Positions 11,389-20,982 of a stretch of 64,000 bases of DNA are shown piece after piece. Source of the DNA: Thermoanaerobaculia bacterium (GTDB taxonomy: Bacteria; Acidobacteriota; Thermoanaerobaculia; Multivoradales; Multivoraceae); contig OY761158.1 of the NCBI GenBank assembly GCA_963664405.1, forward strand, positions 5,984,001-6,048,000. The letters run 5' to 3'. The notes under the pieces were generated by a model, which saw nothing but the letters and a program-made list of their open reading frames with translations, made no database searches and was not told the origin of the DNA. The translations under genes were made by a program, and so were the position numbers. How positions within the stretch are numbered: the stretch's first letter is position 1; the number at the start of each line of letters is the position of its first letter.

Positions 11389-11555
11389 CAAAACCACATC
11401 AACACCACATCAACACCACATCACTCAGGAATTAACGCCACGGTCACACCACGGTCACGCCACGGTCTCAGGAGGAAGTAACAGCGGCGGTCGGACGCGA
11501 CGAACAGGGCACGCAAAAGGACATTCAAAACCACATCACTCAGGAATTAACGCCA
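11389..11555 (+). repeat. Cluster of 11-bp tandem repeats and a ~27-bp direct repeat
   Basis: ACCACATCA x3 and CCACGGTC x3 at 11-bp period; ACCACATCACTCAGGAATTAACGCCA occurs twice. Confidence 0.7.
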
Positions 11556-11659
11556 GCAACGTCTCAAGCGGGCTGATCACGGTCATGTCACGCGCCGATT
11601 TTCCTGTTGGTGAACGCTACCCGGCGGGTTCAGTTGGGCAGTTGAAGAGCTGCCAGTTC

Positions 11660-12832
11660 TCAGGGAACGGGCGACGGCTTCTCGACGTATCTCATCTCGG
11701 GATAGTCGTAGTCAGCCGGCAAGGTGAGCCCTTGCTCGGGCATCACGCTCAAGAAGTTGTCGTGTGCGACCTTGATCGCGGTCTCCGGTTGGAGCCTCTC
11801 GAACAGCTCTTCGAATCTTCGGATCTCCTGCTTGTATCCTCCGAACCTACCGACGACGTCGGAGCCGACCATAAAATTGCCCGGGTACTTCTCGATTAGA
11901 GAGGCCCAGCCCTCCAGGTCGCTCAAGACATAGTCGGAGAACACGACCCAAGACAAGTCGATGTAAACGTGGTCCGCGTGCGCTTCCAGAATTGCGGCGA
12001 GAAGATCGGTAAGACCTTCGACCACGATACGCCTGCTGATACCACCATGGCAGAGGATGAATCTGGTATCTGCGAAAACGTTGAAGGTGTTGAGCAACTC
12101 CGGTAGATAGACGGGCTGCTTCGGTTCTCCATTCGGAGAGATCGCGGCAATGTTGTGATGGATGCTCACCGGAATGTCGAACTGCCCCGCAAAATCGAAG
12201 ATCCGGAACAAGGCTGGATGGTTGGCTCTTGGTCTGGTTCCGATGGTGAGGTTCGTGAGGTCATCGTGCCGAGACATGAGCTCTCCGATACCCTGAAATA
12301 GGCCGGGGAACTCCTTCATCCGTTTGACAATCATGTCGACGGCGCCAAGATCCGTAGTATCCACACCGGCAACGAAAGGATGCAGCCGCTCGAGTTGTGC
12401 TCCGGCTTCCCCACCGTGCGACAGCCTGTAGTCCTCAATCGCAAGGGCGACCGTGTAGTCCGTATCGCGCGCGGGGACCACTCTCGAACTGCTGTCGAGA
12501 TAGTAGGCGGGCCGAATCGGGTCGTTTTCCGACCACTTCTTCAGAAATGCCAATCCGCTGACCATGGCGTGCTGGACCCCAGCCCTGTCCATCGCCCAAA
12601 GCAGGGCTTCGATCCGCTTGCCGCGCTGGCCAACAGTAAGCGTGGCCTGCGGAGAGCTTGCCACCAACTCGCCGTTCTCCAGGAAGTCACCGTTCTGCAG
12701 GAAGTCGACCAGATGAACATGGGCGTCGTTGATAGGCAGCTCACGAGCCTCCTGGGGGGCGACGGGACTCCCTGGCACTAGTGCGGCGGCCAAAGCCGCA
12801 ACAGCTACTTCCACCCTTCCTAGTCTTCGCAT
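11660..12832 (-). CDS. Secreted amidohydrolase-family protein
   Basis: Signal peptide, DAHVH, GIGE, IHH, CHGG and GSD metal-binding motifs. Confidence 0.85.
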   Translation of the reverse strand: MRRLGRVEVAVAALAAALVPGSPVAPQEARELPINDAHVHLVDFLQNGDFLENGELVASSPQATLTVGQRGKRIEALLWAMDRAGVQHAMVSGLAFLKKWSENDPIRPAYYLDSSSRVVPARDTDYTVALAIEDYRLSHGGEAGAQLERLHPFVAGVDTTDLGAVDMIVKRMKEFPGLFQGIGELMSRHDDLTNLTIGTRPRANHPALFRIFDFAGQFDIPVSIHHNIAAISPNGEPKQPVYLPELLNTFNVFADTRFILCHGGISRRIVVEGLTDLLAAILEAHADHVYIDLSWVVFSDYVLSDLEGWASLIEKYPGNFMVGSDVVGRFGGYKQEIRRFEELFERLQPETAIKVAHDNFLSVMPEQGLTLPADYDYPEMRYVEKPSPVP

Positions 12833-13082
12833 AGCTTCTTCCGTCCGGGGTTGGTGGGATTCTACCGGGAGAACCGCTCGGGTACGCTAGAATCAATTAG
12901 ACCCTTTCCCAACAGGCAGGTGACCTATGAGGTTCCCGCACCGGGCGCAGGCTTTCCTGCGCTCTGGGCGGGCGGGAAAGATGGAGATCTATCTCGGAAA
13001 CCTACGCGCAGTCGATGACACCTCCGTGCCTCTCGAAGGGGAGATCTAACGCAAGGGCCGGACACGCTACGGAGCGACGAGC

Positions 13083-13116
13083 TATCTTGATTGATAGGTA
13101 ATTATCAATCAAGATA
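13083..13116. other. lox-like recombination site R, perfect 13-8-13 palindrome
   Basis: TATCTTGATTGAT-AGGTAATT-ATCAATCAAGATA. Confidence 0.75.
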
Positions 13117-13130
13117 GGCGGACGTGTCAA
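13101..13130 (-). promoter_or_regulatory. Sigma70-like promoter overlapping site R, pointing left
   Basis: Minus strand TTGACA (13130-13125), 18 nt, GATAAT (13106-13101). Confidence 0.6.
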
Positions 13131-13179
13131 GCGGTGATTTTGACTTTTAATAGGCTGGGCTGTCTTATAGGGTATTGCT

Positions 13180-13413
13180 ATGTCTACACCTACAGAACGG
13201 CGATACCGACGTGAGGCGCGCTACTCGAAACAACTGCGCGTGACAGTGGAACCGGCGACGGCGGCGGCACTGGAAGCGGAAGCGGACGCGGCGGGCGTGT
13301 CCGTCTCGGCGGTGATTCGTGACGCGGTTGCGCGCGGGTTGCCGCTGGTAAAAGACGCCCGGCGGAAACAGCGGCAACGCGACCGGCACGCGGCCGGCGC
13401 GGGTGAGGCGTGA
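13180..13413 (+). CDS. CopG/ribbon-helix-helix DNA-binding protein
   Basis: QLRVTV...L...A...GVSVSAVIRDAV pattern. Confidence 0.7.
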   Translation: MSTPTERRYRREARYSKQLRVTVEPATAAALEAEADAAGVSVSAVIRDAVARGLPLVKDARRKQRQRDRHAAGAGEA

Positions 13414-14050
13414 TCGCCTGGACCGACGTGGAAGCGGCGTTACAGGGGCGGCCGGGCTGGCGGCGCGTCGGGCGCGAATATCACGGGCCGTGTCCGGTGT
13501 CCGGCGCGGGCCGTGATTGTTGCTTCGCGTCGGAAGGGCGAGCGGGGGACGTGGCACTCGGGTGCCGGAAGTGCGGCGGGAACGGCGGGAAACTCGATAG
13601 CGAGTCGTTCCTGGCACACCTGGCCGCGCTGGTAGGCGAGACGGCGCGCCACGTGGCCGCACACGCGACGAACGACCGCGCGGCCATAGCAAAAAACCGT
13701 CCGCGCTGCCGGGGCGCGCCTGGCGGGCGTCTGAGCCCGTTGACGGCACACCCGGCGCGCGCTATGTGACGCGGCGCGGCGCGTGGCCGGCCGGTGAACG
13801 GTTCCCCGCGTCGGTGCGCTGGCTGCTTGCCTACATCGATCCGGGCCACGCGACGGATACCGAACTCTACTCGTGGGGAGCCGCGCATGGGCCGCTTTGG
13901 GATGCGCTCCGCAAGAAGGGGCAATTGCGGTTGAAAATGCCACCCTGGACCGGACGGCGCGGGTGCTTGAAGCATGGGCGGCGGCGGACCCAGGGACAAG
14001 CGATGAAGGGCTTGACGCCGAGGCAGTAAATCAACGCCATCCGAGCCGCG
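13410..14050 (+). pseudogene. Primase-like protein with N-terminal Zn-binding domain, frameshifted or truncated
   Basis: GREYHGPCPV...GCRKCG; GTGA overlap with the RHH gene; 3' limit approximate. Confidence 0.55.
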
Positions 14051-14159
14051 ATGACTCAAAAAGACCGGGAGTTTCTAGCTCGCTACGGTGGCTGGTTTGC
14101 GGATCGAGATGAGGTCGGATGAGAGAGGGTCTAAATCCGTGGGTTTTCATGTAACAGGG

Positions 14160-14379
14160 GACCGCTGTTGGTGCGAGGCAGGCTGCACAGCGCCATCGTT
14201 CGCGCCATAAAGCCTAGATCGGCGTCCGCTTCGCTGGCCGAAACAAGCTGGTTCACCTGGTCGAAGCGGGTGAAGTGGTGTAGCGCCTGGGGCGAGGCAT
14301 CGCGGATCGCCTTCACCGGCCCGTTCAAACCAGATACGACTTCCGCAACGGGAACCAAGCTGCCGCGTTGACGCTGCAT
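14160..14379 (-). pseudogene. repA: Second RepA-family gene, N-terminal fragment only
   Basis: DADLGFMARTMALCSLPRTN motif, then abrupt loss of similarity. Confidence 0.7.
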
Positions 14380-14452
14380 GCCTTTATTCTCCCATGTTCC
14401 ACTGCTATGTTCGCCGGTTGATCCCGTCTTCGTCACGGCTTCGGAACTCACG

Positions 14453-14719
14453 TCAAGCCGCGTCCTCCCGCTTCCGCGCCAGCGCCAGTTCGTAGGCCGC
14501 CTGAACGCGCATCCAGTGATCCGCATCTCCCCAACCAATGCGCTCCATCGCCAGCGCCAGCCGGGGAGAGATTCCGATATGGCCATTGAGCAGCCGTGAA
14601 AGCGTGTTCCTCGCCATGCCGAGACGCTGGGCGCACTCGGTCACGGTCCAGCCCACATCTTCATCCTCCAGGATGTCTCGGATCATTTCGCCGGGGTGCG
14701 GCGGTGCGTACATAGGCAT
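14453..14719 (-). CDS. higA: HigA-family antitoxin (HTH)
   Basis: PPHPGEMI...A..LGM.R..LS.LLNG..GIS...W...Q..Y.L. Confidence 0.9.
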   Translation of the reverse strand: MPMYAPPHPGEMIRDILEDEDVGWTVTECAQRLGMARNTLSRLLNGHIGISPRLALAMERIGWGDADHWMRVQAAYELALARKREDAA

Positions 14720-14730
14720 GGGCTCCCTCC

Positions 14731-15003
14731 TCAGTGGTAGTCGATCAAATCCACGTCCACCGCCTCGCCATCGGCAAAGCGAAAGACGATTCTCCAGTTC
14801 CCCGAGACGCGCACGCTCCAATCGCCGCGCCTGTCTCCCTGCAACCGATGCAGGCGATAGCCGGGCCGGTCCATCTCTGTCGGTGAAAACGCCACGTCCA
14901 AGTCAATCAGGATGCGTCGGATGCGCCGCACATGGGCCGGGTTCAGCCGCCGGGCATTGTCTTGCTCATACAAGCGCTTCAATCCCGCGTGCTTAATCCT
15001 CAT
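14731..15003 (-). CDS. higB: HigB/RelE-family toxin
   Basis: IKHAGLKRLY...PGYRLHRLQGDR...WSVRVSGNWRIVFRF...DLIDYH; toxin-first order. Confidence 0.9.
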   Translation of the reverse strand: MRIKHAGLKRLYEQDNARRLNPAHVRRIRRILIDLDVAFSPTEMDRPGYRLHRLQGDRRGDWSVRVSGNWRIVFRFADGEAVDVDLIDYH

Positions 15004-15376
15004 TCATAGGCCCGATTGCTCCATGATACATTACAGGGTTCACCTCGGTTACGGTCCATTCCTCCGCGTCATCGCGTCCCGGAGGCTTTCGCCTCCACCG
15101 CGCATCGGTAACGCTTGACGACCCCGACCCTGCGGCTCAGAGGCAATCGGCCCATGCTCCCACGTCCCCCAGACAAGAACCACAAGAGAACCCGCCAACC
15201 CTTCAAGGCTCAGACCAACTTGCCCGCTTCCGATCTGGTCCTTAGCGGGCGCTGGCCGATCTGACGCCCTATGATCGAGGGAGACGTCGCCACCCTGCGA
15301 ACCACCAAGGACCTCTTCCAGATGGAGCTCCACGCCTACACCATCACCCAGTTATTGAAGCGGAATCGTGCGGGGT

Positions 15377-15621
15377 ATGGCCAGAGAAGTGCTGTGGCGA
15401 CAGTTGTTTTGCCGAGGTTGCGGGGTGATGTTTTACATCTGCCGTTCCTGTTATCGGGGGGCAGGTCTACTGCGGGGATGAGTGCCGCCGCCGGATGCGG
15501 CGCAAACAGAGGCGGCGGGCCAACCGCCGCTACCAGCAGGACCCGGAGATTCGGGCCGATCATTGCCAACGCCAGCGGGAATACCGGGAACGGTGCCACT
15601 GGCGACGCTGGGATCTTTGCC
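15377..15621 (+). pseudogene. Third homologue of the IS21-associated Zn-finger ORF, frameshifted and cut by IS256
   Basis: Manual translation MAREVLWRQLFCRGCGVMFYICRSCYRG/QVYCGDECR...ANRRYQQ...H..RQREYRER, with an extra G in a G6 run. Confidence 0.7.
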
Positions 15622-16295
15622 GGCGATGTCCTACTGACTGTTGAAAAGTGACGGTGATCCGTCCCCGATGAGAGATCATCGGGGTGTCATCCAAAACACA
15701 AGGAGGATCACCGTCATGAGTAAGAGTGCCAGAAGGTCGACGAAGAAGAAAGCCGAAGACGAATCCAGCGAAGTTCGGTCTCGAGGTGGGCTGATGGAAG
15801 TCCTGCGAGACTCCCGACTCGCCCTGCGAGAGCTGGTATTGGAAGCGGGCCTTGGAGTGTTCCAGGAGCTGCTTGAGGAGGACCGGGAGCGGCTGTGTGG
15901 CCGTCGCCATGAGCGCTTTGCCGATCGTGAGGCCTACCGTCACGGGCACGACGCAGGGCGGCTGGTGATGGGCGGTCGCCAGGTGCGGATCCGCCGTCCT
16001 CGGGTGCGGAGCAAAGACGGGGTGGAGCTGCGCTTGCCCACGTGGGAGGTGTCAACGGCGCTTAAGAAGCGCGCGATCCCGGCTTTCTGACCGCGTTTCC
16101 TGCTGAGAGTCTCTTCAGCATCATCGTCGCGCGCGAGCGCGCGAGCAGCGTGGCAGGTGGGAGTATGGGGAGACCGGCGGGGGCGACTCCAAGCAAGGTG
16201 ACCGCCCACCGCCGGAAGGCCTGGGGTATGACGCCCCAGAAGAGGGAGTATTCCGCCTGCGGGTGGCGAAGTCCAGGCCGAAGGAGGCCTGGGCC

Positions 16296-16787
16296 GTGCG
16301 CCGCCGTCCCGATTGTCGCCGTTTCGTTTGCGATCGTTGCCGGCAAGCTGTCTACATTTGCTCTTGGTGCGATCGCGGCCATCGTTATTGCACGCCGGAG
16401 TGCCGGGATGAGGCTCGGCGCCACAGCCTTCGCGGGGCCGGGCGTCGCTATCAGCAGACGCCGCGAGGGCGCCGCTTGCATGCTCGTCGTCAGCAGGCCT
16501 ATCGAGATCGCAAGCAGCAAGGCTCAAAGAAAGTGACGCATCACAGTTGCCGCACCGGGGGCTGCCCTGCGACGGTGGCGTCATGGCCCACCGCGCCGCT
16601 TCCGTTGTTTTTGCAAGGCTTGTCCGTTGGAGGTCGGAACGAGGAGCTTCTCTGCAGGCTGTGCCGCCATCCTTGCGAGCCGATTGTCCGCCACGACTTC
16701 TTGCGATCGCGCCGAGTACGCCCGGTGCGCAGGCGGGCGCGGGATGATCTCTCCCGAGCTCGCCGCCGAGATCCGCCGTCTCTATGA
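16296..16787 (+). CDS. Cys-rich Zn-finger/basic accessory protein of IS21-like element A
   Basis: CDRC-x6-CSWCDRGHRYC..EC, RYQQ, VTHH, C-terminal CRLC; RBS AAGGAGG; homologous to 27804-28199. Confidence 0.7.
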   Translation: MRRRPDCRRFVCDRCRQAVYICSWCDRGHRYCTPECRDEARRHSLRGAGRRYQQTPRGRRLHARRQQAYRDRKQQGSKKVTHHSCRTGGCPATVASWPTAPLPLFLQGLSVGGRNEELLCRLCRHPCEPIVRHDFLRSRRVRPVRRRARDDLSRARRRDPPSL

Positions 16788-18243
16788 GTCGGAGGGCTGG
16801 CGGCGCAACACGATCGCCCGCCATCTGGGAATCCATCACTCGACGGTCACTCGAGTCCTTCGACGCGAAGGGCTGAGCCGGCCTCGATCGCCGCGACGAG
16901 CGTCCATGGTCGATCGCTTCGTCCCCTTCATCCAGGAAGTCTTTGAGCGCTACCCGGAGCTGCCGGCGAGCGTGCTCTACGAGATGGTCAAGAAGCGTGA
17001 CTATCCCGGTGGGGAGGATCACTTCCGCCACTGCATTGCCGAGCTCGGCCTGCGCCCCCGCAAGGCGCCTGAGGCTTTCTTTGTGCTCCGTACGCTTGCC
17101 GGCGAACAGGCCCAGGTGGACTGGGCTCACTTCGGCACCCGAAAGGTCGATGGCGGAGAGCGCCGTCTCTACGCCTTCGTCATGGTGCTGAGCTACTCGC
17201 GAGCTCTCTTTCTGCACTTCTTCTACGACGCTCGTCTGCCGAGCTTCCTGACCGGGCATGTCCTCGCCTTCTCCTTCTTTGAGGGTCTGGCCAAGATCCA
17301 CCTCTACGACAATCTGCGCAGCGCTGTGCTCGAGCGGCGCCGCAGCGCCATTCGCTTTCATCCACGGCTTCTCGAGCTCGCCGACTTCTACGGCTTTGAT
17401 CCAAGGCCCGTTGCTCCCAGACGAGGAAATGAAAAAGGTCGCGTCGAACGAGCCATTCGTTTTGTCAGAACTTCCTTCTTTCCGCTGCGTCGCACCTGGG
17501 ACAGAGAAGCGCTGAACCGGGACGCTCTGGAGTGGTGTCGCGACCGAGCGATGAAGCGCCCGTGGCCCCAGGACCGGCGTCGCACCGTCGAGCAGGCCTA
17601 TCTCGAGGAGCGCTCTCATCTCGTGAGCCTTCCGGCGCAGCCTTTCCCCTGCCACGAATGGGTCGAGCGGATCACGCGGCGCACTCCTTACCTGAGCTTC
17701 GATGCGAATCGCTACTCGATCCCGCATGATCGCATCGCCCGCTCGCTACAGATCGCCGCAGACCCGGAGCGTGTGCGCATCTTCGATCGCGAGCAGCTCA
17801 TCGCCGAGCACACAAGGTCCTGGGACAAGGGCCAGATCATCGAAGACCCCCGTCACCTAGAAGAGCTGGAACGACAGAAACGCGAGGCACGTACACAGCG
17901 CGGCCAGGACTACCTGCTGCGTACGGTGCCCCAGGCCGAAGAGCTCCTGCGGGAGCTGGCCCGACGGCAGAGACGACTCTCGAGTGCCGTCGCCAGACTC
18001 CTCGAGCTCCTTGCCGAGAGTGGACCCAGGGAGCTTGCAGTGGCGATCGACGAGGCCCTCGAAAAAGGATCCCCGCATCCCGAAGCGGTGCGACTCATCC
18101 TCGATCGTCGGCGCCACGAGCGGGGACTCCTACCCGCGCTGCCTGTCCAGCTCCCCGACGATCCCAGGATCCGGGAGCTCACGGTCACTCCCCATGCACT
18201 GGCCGACTACGACAACCCCAACGACGAGGAGGACGACGAATGA
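16744..18243 (+). CDS. istA: IS21-family transposase IstA
   Basis: HTH, GEQAQVDW, LYDN and EKGRVER (DDE triad). Confidence 0.93.
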   Translation: MISPELAAEIRRLYESEGWRRNTIARHLGIHHSTVTRVLRREGLSRPRSPRRASMVDRFVPFIQEVFERYPELPASVLYEMVKKRDYPGGEDHFRHCIAELGLRPRKAPEAFFVLRTLAGEQAQVDWAHFGTRKVDGGERRLYAFVMVLSYSRALFLHFFYDARLPSFLTGHVLAFSFFEGLAKIHLYDNLRSAVLERRRSAIRFHPRLLELADFYGFDPRPVAPRRGNEKGRVERAIRFVRTSFFPLRRTWDREALNRDALEWCRDRAMKRPWPQDRRRTVEQAYLEERSHLVSLPAQPFPCHEWVERITRRTPYLSFDANRYSIPHDRIARSLQIAADPERVRIFDREQLIAEHTRSWDKGQIIEDPRHLEELERQKREARTQRGQDYLLRTVPQAEELLRELARRQRRLSSAVARLLELLAESGPRELAVAIDEALEKGSPHPEAVRLILDRRRHERGLLPALPVQLPDDPRIRELTVTPHALADYDNPNDEEDDE

Positions 18244-19013
18244 ACAACACCGACCAAGAGCGTGCCACAGCCCTGAAACTCCATGGCCTCCTAGCCCACT
18301 GGGATGAGGTCGCCAACCAACCCTGGCTCCCCGACCTGCTCGACTGGGAAGAGCAGGAGCGAGCCCGTCGCGGACTGGAGCGACGCCTGGGTCGGGCCCG
18401 GCTCGGCACCTTCAAGCCGCTGGCCGACTTCGACTGGAATTGGCCCAAGAAGATCGACCGCGAGCAGATCGAAGATCTCTTTCGGCTCGAGTGGCTCGCC
18501 CGAGGGCACAACGCTGTCTTGATAGGGCCAAACGGCATCGGCAAGACGCTCATTGCCAAGAATCTCGCCCATCAAGCCGTACTACGTGGAGCCACCGCCC
18601 GATTCCTCACCGCCTCGGAGCTGCTCAACACCCTCGCCGAACAAGACTCCTCGACCAGCCTTCAGCGCAAGCTCGCGCTCTTTGCGCGCCCATCCCTGCT
18701 CTGCATTGACGAGCTCGGATATCTGTCCTACGACACGCGCCACGCCGATCTACTTTTCGAGGTCGTTTCCCGCAGGTACGAAAATAAGTCCCTTCTCATC
18801 ACCACAAACAAGTCCTTTGGAGAATGGGGAGAGGTCTTCCCCAACGCTACTACCGTCGTCACCATCGTCGATCGCCTCGTCCATCGCTGCGAGCTCGTCA
18901 ACATCGAGGGCGATTCCTATCGGCTCAAGGAGTCCAAGGAGCACGCCAAGAAGCGCGCTTCGGCCCGCCGAAGCGGCACTCGCCCTCGACGGCGCAGTGC
19001 GAAGACCTCGTGA
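18240..19013 (+). CDS. istB: IS21-family AAA+ helper IstB
   Basis: GPNGIGKT, LLCIDELGY, TTNK, DRLVH and GDSYR. Confidence 0.95.
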   Translation: MNNTDQERATALKLHGLLAHWDEVANQPWLPDLLDWEEQERARRGLERRLGRARLGTFKPLADFDWNWPKKIDREQIEDLFRLEWLARGHNAVLIGPNGIGKTLIAKNLAHQAVLRGATARFLTASELLNTLAEQDSSTSLQRKLALFARPSLLCIDELGYLSYDTRHADLLFEVVSRRYENKSLLITTNKSFGEWGEVFPNATTVVTIVDRLVHRCELVNIEGDSYRLKESKEHAKKRASARRSGTRPRRRSAKTS

Positions 19014-19363
19014 TCCGACAGGAGTATCGCGCCGAGCTCATCCGCCTCTACCTCGACGCTCCTAAAACCCCGCCTAGACCTCGGCGCCGAGACTGGGCCA
19101 TCGCCGACAAGCTCTATCAAGCCAACGTCCCCCTCGAAGAGCTTGCCCATGCCATTCGACTCGCCACCTTGCGACGGCGCCTCAGCACCGATCCGCTGCC
19201 GCAGATTCACTCACTTGCCTACTACCGCTCCGTACATCGAGCCCTGACCAACGACGAGCTCGACCCTCAATACGTCCGCTACATCCTCCTTCGGCACCGG
19301 TCCCTTCTCGAGGAGGATGAAACCAAAAGCGCCACTACACAGCCGGAATCCCGCACTTTATGA
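19010..19363 (+). CDS. Conserved accessory ORF downstream of istB (element A)
   Basis: GTGA overlap with istB; Y...L.RLY...P.TP, LPQIHSLAYY and Y..Y shared with 30469-30825. Confidence 0.72.
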   Translation: MIRQEYRAELIRLYLDAPKTPPRPRRRDWAIADKLYQANVPLEELAHAIRLATLRRRLSTDPLPQIHSLAYYRSVHRALTNDELDPQYVRYILLRHRSLLEEDETKSATTQPESRTL

Positions 19364-20538
19364 CCGCCGATAACAGGAGGAGATGCGGGATGAGGATCCC
19401 CTGGAGGAGCGAGCGCTCGAGCAGATGCTTTGCGGGGTAAGCACTCGCAAGTTCGAGCGAAGCCTGGAGCCCCTGCCGGAGTCGGTCGAGTCGGTCGGTA
19501 CGAGCAAGTCGAGCGTGTCTCGTCGCTTCGTGGCCCGCACGCGCCGCCAAGTGGAATCGTTCCTCTCTCGCCCGCTTGGGGATCTGGACCTGCCGGTGCT
19601 GATGTTCGACGGAGTGCATATGGGCAAGCAGCTGTTGATCGTGGGGCTGGGAATCGCCAGCGATGGGACGAAACACGTGCTGGGTGTCGTGCAGGGCGCC
19701 ACGGAGAGCCACCGAGTGTGCCAGGGCCTGCTCAGGCAGCTGATCGAGCGAGGTCTTGTCGTCGAGCGTCGTCGCCTGGTGGTGATCGACGGCAGCAAGG
19801 GCCTGAGCAAGGCGATCTCGAAGACCTTCGGAGCCTGGAGCGTCATCCAGCGTTGTCGAGTCCACAAGATGAGGAACATCATGGACCACCTTCCGAAGCA
19901 CCTGCGTCCGTGGTTCCAGACCAAGATCCGCAGGGCCTGGGAGGCCGACTCACCGAAGAAGGCGGAGGCTCAGCTCCTCGCTCTCGCCCCGCGAGCTCGA
20001 GGAGCAGCACCCGGGCGCAGCCGGCTCTCTGCGCGAGGGCCTCAAGGAGACACTGACCGTGAACCGACTCGGTCTCTCGGGTGCTTTGCTTAAGACTCTG
20101 CGTTCCACCAACCCGATCGAGAACCTGAACGGCTCCCTCCAGCGTGTTGCCAAGAACGTGAAGCGCTGGCGCGGAGGCTCGATGGCATTACGATGGGCCG
20201 TCACGGCTCTCATCGAGGCCGAGCCTCGCTTTCGACGTATTCGCGGCTACCGGGATCTCCACACTCTCGAGCGGGGTCTCTCGGCTCTCATCCAACCGGA
20301 GGTGGACAAGATCGCTGTCAGTGCCTGAGAATCAAACCTGGGTCCCGTCGCTTTTCAACGACGCCTGGGACAACGCCTCTTTGCCAGCCTACCTTTTCAC
20401 CCCATGTTTTCGGGGGTCCCCAATGTGGACTATGTTCTCTCCGGCGCTAACACTTGCAGGTCGATTTGCCCCAGATCGGTGGCGAGGCAGGTACCATTGG
20501 TGGGTTCGTAGGACCCACCCCAAAGGAGGCCAATACCA

Positions 20539-20733
20539 GTGGAAAACGTTAAATTCGAAGTGGTGGATGATAACCGTTTGGTGATTCATGTTGACCTGAA
20601 CCACCGCGGCGACATCAGCGCCTCTGGAAAAACCAGAAGGGTGGCGTCGACTCAGGGTAATATCGGCGTTAAAGATGCGAATGGCGTGGAGGTCAAAATA
20701 GGGCTCAACGTTTACGTCAAACCTAACGTTTGA
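20539..20733 (+). CDS. Small conserved hypothetical protein
   Basis: RBS AAGGAGG; I.VDL....SASGKT..VAST.GN...IGLNVY pattern. Confidence 0.65.
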   Translation: MENVKFEVVDDNRLVIHVDLNHRGDISASGKTRRVASTQGNIGVKDANGVEVKIGLNVYVKPNV

Positions 20734-20982
20734 CAGCGTTCAACTAACCCCTGCAAGACTCCTGACCTCCCCTGGGTGATGACCGGGTAAGGTTCCGGCC
20801 ATCACCAGGAGCGAGGTCGGGCCGGCCGTCCGAAGTGCGCGGTGGAGCTGACCGGTCCATCTCGGCGGCGGGGCTCGGTATCGCGACGAGGAGGAAGGCC
20901 AGACCCACCATCAGGACGGCGAATCCCGTCGCGGCTCTGATCCCTTTCTGCCAATGCATCAACAACCCCCTTGCCGTTGGGC

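Larger units (their letters stand above)
16050..19375 (+). mobile_element. Four-gene IS21-like transposon A (3326 bp)
   Basis: TGTCAACGGCG... / ...CGCCGATAACA imperfect IRs; 5-bp TSD GGAGG (16045-16049, 19376-19380). Confidence 0.93.
15622..20377 (+). mobile_element. IS256-family element A, interrupted by IS21-like element A
   Basis: IRs GGCGATGTCC..GTTGAAAAGTGACGG / CCGTCGCTTTTCAAC..GGACAACGCC; 8-bp TSD TCTTTGCC; transposase in pieces 15716-16049 and 19381-20328 with a frameshift near 19990. Confidence 0.9.

Noticed and set aside
14131-14160. CCCCTGTTACATGAAAACCC (minus strand) at the truncation point of the second repA as an IS end
   Set aside because: No partner IR, TSD or transposase could be found
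15940-17727. Long antisense ORFs (this one, 23731-25050, 28336-29514, 6297-7313, 53109-54278)
   Set aside because: Shadow ORFs opposite well-supported high-GC genes, with no motifs
19980-20000. Single-base frameshifts in short homopolymers (here, about 15460, 2720 and 21830) as phase variation
   Set aside because: The runs are short and scattered through decayed genes; sequencing error or neutral decay is simpler
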